In this document: positions 41,139-45,410 of the stretch, piece after piece | Layout: each line of letters begins with the position of its first letter | How positions within the stretch are numbered: position 1 is the first letter of the stretch | Source: Puniceicoccales bacterium | GTDB taxonomy: Bacteria > Verrucomicrobiota > Verrucomicrobiia > Opitutales > LL51 | DNA length: 45,410 nucleotides | Reading direction: 5' to 3' | Assembly (NCBI GenBank): GCA_031278845.1 | Contig: JAITJQ010000023.1 | Location: 1 to 45,410, forward strand | Translations under genes and position numbers: made by a program | The notes under the pieces: generated by a model | Seen by the model: only the letters and a program-made list of their open reading frames with translations | Told to the model about the DNA's origin: nothing | Databases searched by the model: none

Positions 41139-42331
41139 ATGTTCTTGAATAATGTAAGAAAATTTGCGATGCCGCTTATCTTTTTGTTGGCCCTGCTTTT
41201 CGCGATACTTCTGGGCGGATTATTGCCCGTCACAGTTAAATCATTTTTTTATACGATTAGCTTAGTTATTAAAGAATGTCTCGTTTTTATACTTCCGCTG
41301 GTTATTTTTGCACTTGTTTATCAATCTTTTAGTAAGCTAGGGATCAATGCCCTGAAATTTTTGTTTTTAATCATACCACTGATATGTCGTTCTAATTTCG
41401 CCAATACGTCTCTCTCATACCTGGTCGGAATGTCTTCCATAAAGTTGGGAGCAATCGCTAAAATTCAGGTAATGCAGGCGGAACTTCCGGTTTTGCTTCC
41501 GCTTTTTTCTTTTAAATTGCCATCGATTGTCTTCAATGATATTGCCCTTTTTAGCGGTATCGTATGTGGTATATTTTCAAAACTGATCCGGCGCAGCATG
41601 GATGAAAAAATAGCGCATTTTTTTGATGTTTTCGTGAAATATTTTTTAAAATCCTGATTCCCACAATGCCCCTATTTATCATGGGGACAGCGTTGAAACT
41701 GCAACACGATGAAATGCTTTCCGCCATTTGCTCAAAATATTGGGCCATTATGCTGGTCTTTGTGGTTTCGGCATATGGATACGTTTTGTTGCAATTTTTG
41801 GTATTGTCGGGGTTTCGCTTCGGGCGCTTTGTGTTTTATTTAAAAAATATTACGCCAGCACTCATAACGGCATTTGGATCGGCGTCGAGTGCTGCCGCAT
41901 TTCCCCTTTCGCTAAAAGCAGCCGAAGAAAACCTAGGGAATAAAAGTAACGCCGCAATTATTATTCCATCCACGGTCAACGTACATCTCGTCGGAGATTG
42001 CTTTTTTATCCCGATGCTTGCCTTGGGGATTCTCGTATCGTTGGGATTACCGCTTCCTAGTTGTACGCAATATTTCCTATTTGCCATATACTTTGTCCTC
42101 GCGAAATTTGCCGTTGCGGCAGTTCCCGGTGCTGGAATTTTGGTAATGTTGCCCATTTTGCAAGCCCATTTGAATTTCAATGGGGAAATGCTGGGATTGA
42201 TTACGGCGCTCTATGTGCTTTTCGATCCGATTATTACGGCGTGCAATGTCGCTAGAAATGGGGCAATGGCGATTATATTTGATAGGATGACAAAAAGCAT
42301 TCAACGAAAAAAACTCGCCTCCAATTCTTGA
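41139..42331 (+). pseudogene. Dicarboxylate/amino acid:cation symporter (SDF/DAACS family) split by a frameshift
   Basis: The ORFs 41139..41657 and 41666..42331 are the N- and C-terminal halves of one transporter (AFGSASSAAAFPLS, VPGAGILVMLPIL). Removing one base in the T6A4 run at 41642-41651 joins ...VKYFLK to ILIPTMPLFIMGTALKL in frame. Confidence 0.75.
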
Positions 42332-42499
42332 GATGCTATAGCAGGAATTGGGGACAGAAATTCCATGGACTGAATTTGCATACCCCTCCCTTACCAATTG
42401 TAAGTCTAACAATTTACAAAAAAACGATTTATTTCGTTGGCAAAGTGAGATAAATTATTTAGTTTTTCTTTCCAGAGGGTAAAAGAATCGAGGTAGAAA

Positions 42500-45355
42500 A
42501 TGATTGGAAAATTTTTAAAACTGTTTTCGGGACGTCATTACAAGAAATTTCTGAGAAAATGTCAGCCTAAAGTTAAGGCCATCTATGGCCATGAGGCGGA
42601 ATATAAAGCGCTGAAGGAAGCTCAGCTGTGCGAGAAAACGATGGAATTTATGGGACGCTGCCAGCGGGGTGAATCCCTGGATAGCCTGCTTCCGGAGGCC
42701 TTCGCCCTCGTTAAGGAAGGTGCGCGCCGCCTATTTGGTCACACCGTCGAGGTCTGTGGCCATGAAATCGAATGGAATATGATCCACTACGATGTCCAAC
42801 TCATCGGCGGTATCGCGCTCCATGAAAATCGTATCGCGGAAATGGCTACCGGCGAAGGTAAAACCCTCGTCGCTACGTTGCCCCTCTACCTCAATGCCCT
42901 CACCGGTCGCAATTGCCAATTGGCTACGGTTAACGATTACCTCGCCCGTCGCGATTCCGAGTGGATGGGCTATCTATATAACTTGCTAGGCCTTTCCGTG
43001 GGTTGTATCCAGAGCGGTATGGATTCCAATGAGCGCCATGAGCAGTATGCCTGCAACATCACCTACGGCACCTCCTCCGAATTCGGCTTCGACTACCTCC
43101 GCGATAACGGCCTTGCCTCCTCCTTGGAAGAGCAGGTGCAGAAGGATCACTATTTCTGTATCGTCGACGAAATCGATTCGATTCTCATCGATGAGGCGCG
43201 AACCCCGCTCATTATCTCCGGTCCCAGTTTCGAAGAATCCGAGGCGCCCTATTTAGAAATTAAGCCCCTCGTGGAAAAAGTCGTCACCCTACAGCAGGCG
43301 TTGTGCAATAAATTAATCGATGAGGCGAGGGATCTCCTCGGTACGGATCCGGAGAACGAGGATGGTTATAAAAAATTATGGAAGGTGAAACAGGGGATGC
43401 CAAAAAATCGCCAATTCATGCGCCTCTTGGAAAATGGTGCCTATGCGAAAAAGCTCGATAAATTTGATCTGGAAATCGGTGCCGATATCAACCGCGAAAT
43501 GCGTACGGAACTCAAGGAAGAAGTTTATTTCACCATAGACGAAAAGGGCCACCAGGTTGACCTATCCGAAATGGGTCGGACGGCACTTTACCCCGAAGAT
43601 CCCAACGCCTTCGTTTTACCCGATTTGCCTGCGATTTATTCCGAAATCGATGGCAATTACACAATGAGTCCGGAGGAAAAATTGACTAAAAAACAGGCCG
43701 CCGAAGCCATATTTATTGAAAAAAGTGAAAAAATTCATTGCCTCCATCAACTGCTACGCGCCTATAGTTTATACAACCGCGACGAGGAATACGTCGTCCA
43801 GGACAGAAAGGTAATCATCGTCGATGAGAATACGGGGCGTGCGATGCCGGGACGCCGTTGGAGCGAGGGTCTCCACCAGGCGGTAGAAGCGAAAGAGGGC
43901 GTAAAAGTGGAAAAAGAATCGAAAACTTACGCGACCATTACGATCCAAAATTATTTCCGCATGTACGAAAAATTGGCCGGGATGACCGGTACCGCCGAGA
44001 CGGAGGCCCAGGAATTTTATGACATTTATAAACTAAACGTAATGGCCATTCCAACCAATTGCCCCTGCCGCCGCATCGACCATAACGACGTCATCTATAA
44101 GACGCGGCGAGAAAAGTACGCAGCGGTTTTGGAAACCATTAGGGAGGCCCATCAGAAGCGGCAACCGGTATTGGTCGGGACGGCTTCCGTGGAAGCATCG
44201 GAGCTGCTCAGCCGCATGCTCCGGTTGGAAGGAATTAGGCACACCGTTCTGAACGCAAAGTTCCACGAAAAGGAGGCGGAAATCGTCGCCAACGCGGGGC
44301 AATTGGATGCGGTAACCATTTCGACCAATATGGCCGGTCGTGGTACGGATATTCGTCTGGGCGAAGGGGTTGCGGAACTCGGTGGCCTATTTGTTATTGG
44401 AACGGAGCGCCACGAGTCCCGGCGTGTCGATCGGCAGCTGCGGGGACGTTGTGCGCGCCAGGGGGATCCGGGTGTTTCCCGTTTCTTCATTTCACTGGAG
44501 GACAATTTGATGCGCCTCTTTGCGGGCTCAGGACCGATGGCGGCGCTTTTAGACCGTAATTTCCAGGATGGCGATGTACTGGAACACCCTCTACTTAATC
44601 GCTCCATCGAATCGGCACAGAAAAAAGTCGAAGCCTATAATTATTCCGTACGCCGCCGGCTTCTACAGTACGACGATGTTTTGAATAAGCAGCGCGAGAT
44701 CATTTATAATATGCGCAACCAGGTTTTGGCCGCGGAAGATATCAGGACGCTGCTGTTTTCCCTGATCGAGGACGAAATTACTGCCCAACTCTCCGCCTGT
44801 CTACTGACCAAAAAGGATCACTTTGGCGATAGTCCTGGGTTCGACGGGGTCATCAGCTCCTTCAATATTTATTTTCCGATTGCCCTCAAACGGGAGGATT
44901 TGGAACAGTTCGACAATCCAAATGTTGCGGCCAATTTTGTCATGGAGAAGATTAGGTCGGCCTACGCCGTGAAGGTCGATGTGGAGGGATCGGATTTCCT
45001 AGGCGAAATGGAACAATACATCATTTTGAGCGCCATCGATCACAATTGGCAGGACCACCTCACCGAAATGGAAGAGTTGCGCCGCAGCGTTGGCCTACGC
45101 GGCTACGGTCAGAAGGATCCCCTCAACGAGTACAAACACGAAGCCTTTAGTTTCTTCGAGATGTTACTATCTCAAATTCGTCGGGAAGTTTGTTCCAAAG
45201 TATTTCGTATGGCATCGAGCAACCATTCGCTAGGCTTGATGATCGAACATCTGTTGGGGGACGAAAATTTATTGGGAGGGGGAGGGGGACGGAAAAAAAA
45301 TAAAAAAAATGGTGACAATCGCATGAATTTAACATTTGATCACAGCGATGAATAG
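42500..45355 (+). CDS. secA: Preprotein translocase ATPase SecA
   Basis: The 951-aa ORF has [47 protein letters not shown] and [13 protein letters not shown]. The C-terminus is Lys-rich, and I saw no Cys-rich zinc-binding tail. Confidence 0.95.
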   Translation: MIGKFLKLFSGRHYKKFLRKCQPKVKAIYGHEAEYKALKEAQLCEKTMEFMGRCQRGESLDSLLPEAFALVKEGARRLFGHTVEVCGHEIEWNMIHYDVQLIGGIALHENRIAEMATGEGKTLVATLPLYLNALTGRNCQLATVNDYLARRDSEWMGYLYNLLGLSVGCIQSGMDSNERHEQYACNITYGTSSEFGFDYLRDNGLASSLEEQVQKDHYFCIVDEIDSILIDEARTPLIISGPSFEESEAPYLEIKPLVEKVVTLQQALCNKLIDEARDLLGTDPENEDGYKKLWKVKQGMPKNRQFMRLLENGAYAKKLDKFDLEIGADINREMRTELKEEVYFTIDEKGHQVDLSEMGRTALYPEDPNAFVLPDLPAIYSEIDGNYTMSPEEKLTKKQAAEAIFIEKSEKIHCLHQLLRAYSLYNRDEEYVVQDRKVIIVDENTGRAMPGRRWSEGLHQAVEAKEGVKVEKESKTYATITIQNYFRMYEKLAGMTGTAETEAQEFYDIYKLNVMAIPTNCPCRRIDHNDVIYKTRREKYAAVLETIREAHQKRQPVLVGTASVEASELLSRMLRLEGIRHTVLNAKFHEKEAEIVANAGQLDAVTISTNMAGRGTDIRLGEGVAELGGLFVIGTERHESRRVDRQLRGRCARQGDPGVSRFFISLEDNLMRLFAGSGPMAALLDRNFQDGDVLEHPLLNRSIESAQKKVEAYNYSVRRRLLQYDDVLNKQREIIYNMRNQVLAAEDIRTLLFSLIEDEITAQLSACLLTKKDHFGDSPGFDGVISSFNIYFPIALKREDLEQFDNPNVAANFVMEKIRSAYAVKVDVEGSDFLGEMEQYIILSAIDHNWQDHLTEMEELRRSVGLRGYGQKDPLNEYKHEAFSFFEMLLSQIRREVCSKVFRMASSNHSLGLMIEHLLGDENLLGGGGGRKKNKKNGDNRMNLTFDHSDE

Positions 45356-45410
45356 TTTTAACGATCGTTGTTCCTTTTGTGGCAAACATCAGGGTCTCGT
45401 GAGAAAATTA
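45348..45410 (+). CDS. clpX: ATP-dependent Clp protease ATP-binding subunit ClpX, first 21 codons (runs off the right edge)
   Basis: The ATG at 45348 overlaps the secA 3-prime end by 8 nt. The translation [21 protein letters not shown] matches the ClpX N-terminal zinc-ribbon start (CSFCGK...V.KL). It is not in the ORF track because it is truncated. Confidence 0.6.
   Translation, partial: MNSFNDRCSFCGKHQGLVRKL

Overview
This 45.4-kb window looks like it comes from a host-associated, probably intracellular, bacterium. I cannot assign a taxon from sequence alone. Housekeeping genes are interleaved with decaying accessory islands. The housekeeping genes are fbaB (partial), mpl, a fabH-like KAS III, an isolated atpA, trmD, rplS, prmC, rarA, a BFN nuclease, glmS, mraY, a gmhA-like isomerase, yajC, rpsT, a DUF374 acyltransferase, ldh, dedA, secA and the start of clpX. 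The most notable content is as follows. (1) The injectisome export-gate genes sctS-sctT-sctU sit behind trmD-rplS, a FliO-like ORF and prmC, and no sctR is present. (2) Directly after sctU there is a tandem array of four ankyrin-repeat paralogs with signal peptides, plus one leader-only remnant. The paralogs share promoter, 5-prime UTR and leader, carry 1, 2 or 3 modules, and are bounded by transposase remnants. (3) A separate ankyrin gene is bracketed by inverted copies of a GC-rich multi-mini-hairpin mosaic repeat, and the same repeat sits at the break next to the orphan atpA. (4) A class I T3S-chaperone-like gene is followed by two paralogous GNAT acetyltransferases. (5) Several secreted effector-like proteins are present: a 606-aa Ala/Pro/Ser-repeat protein, a class-3 lipase with a poly-Cys patch, and a metallophosphoesterase with a Pro-rich tandem repeat. 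(6) An island next to tRNA-Ser(GCT) holds IS remnants, a tandem repeat of about 130 bp that may derive from the tRNA, and a decaying MBL-fold gene. (7) A perfectly paired 76-100 nt cloverleaf-like element lies upstream of rarA. (8) The rpsT 3-prime end plus terminator is triplicated. All family assignments rest on motif recognition from memory and need HMM or BLAST confirmation.
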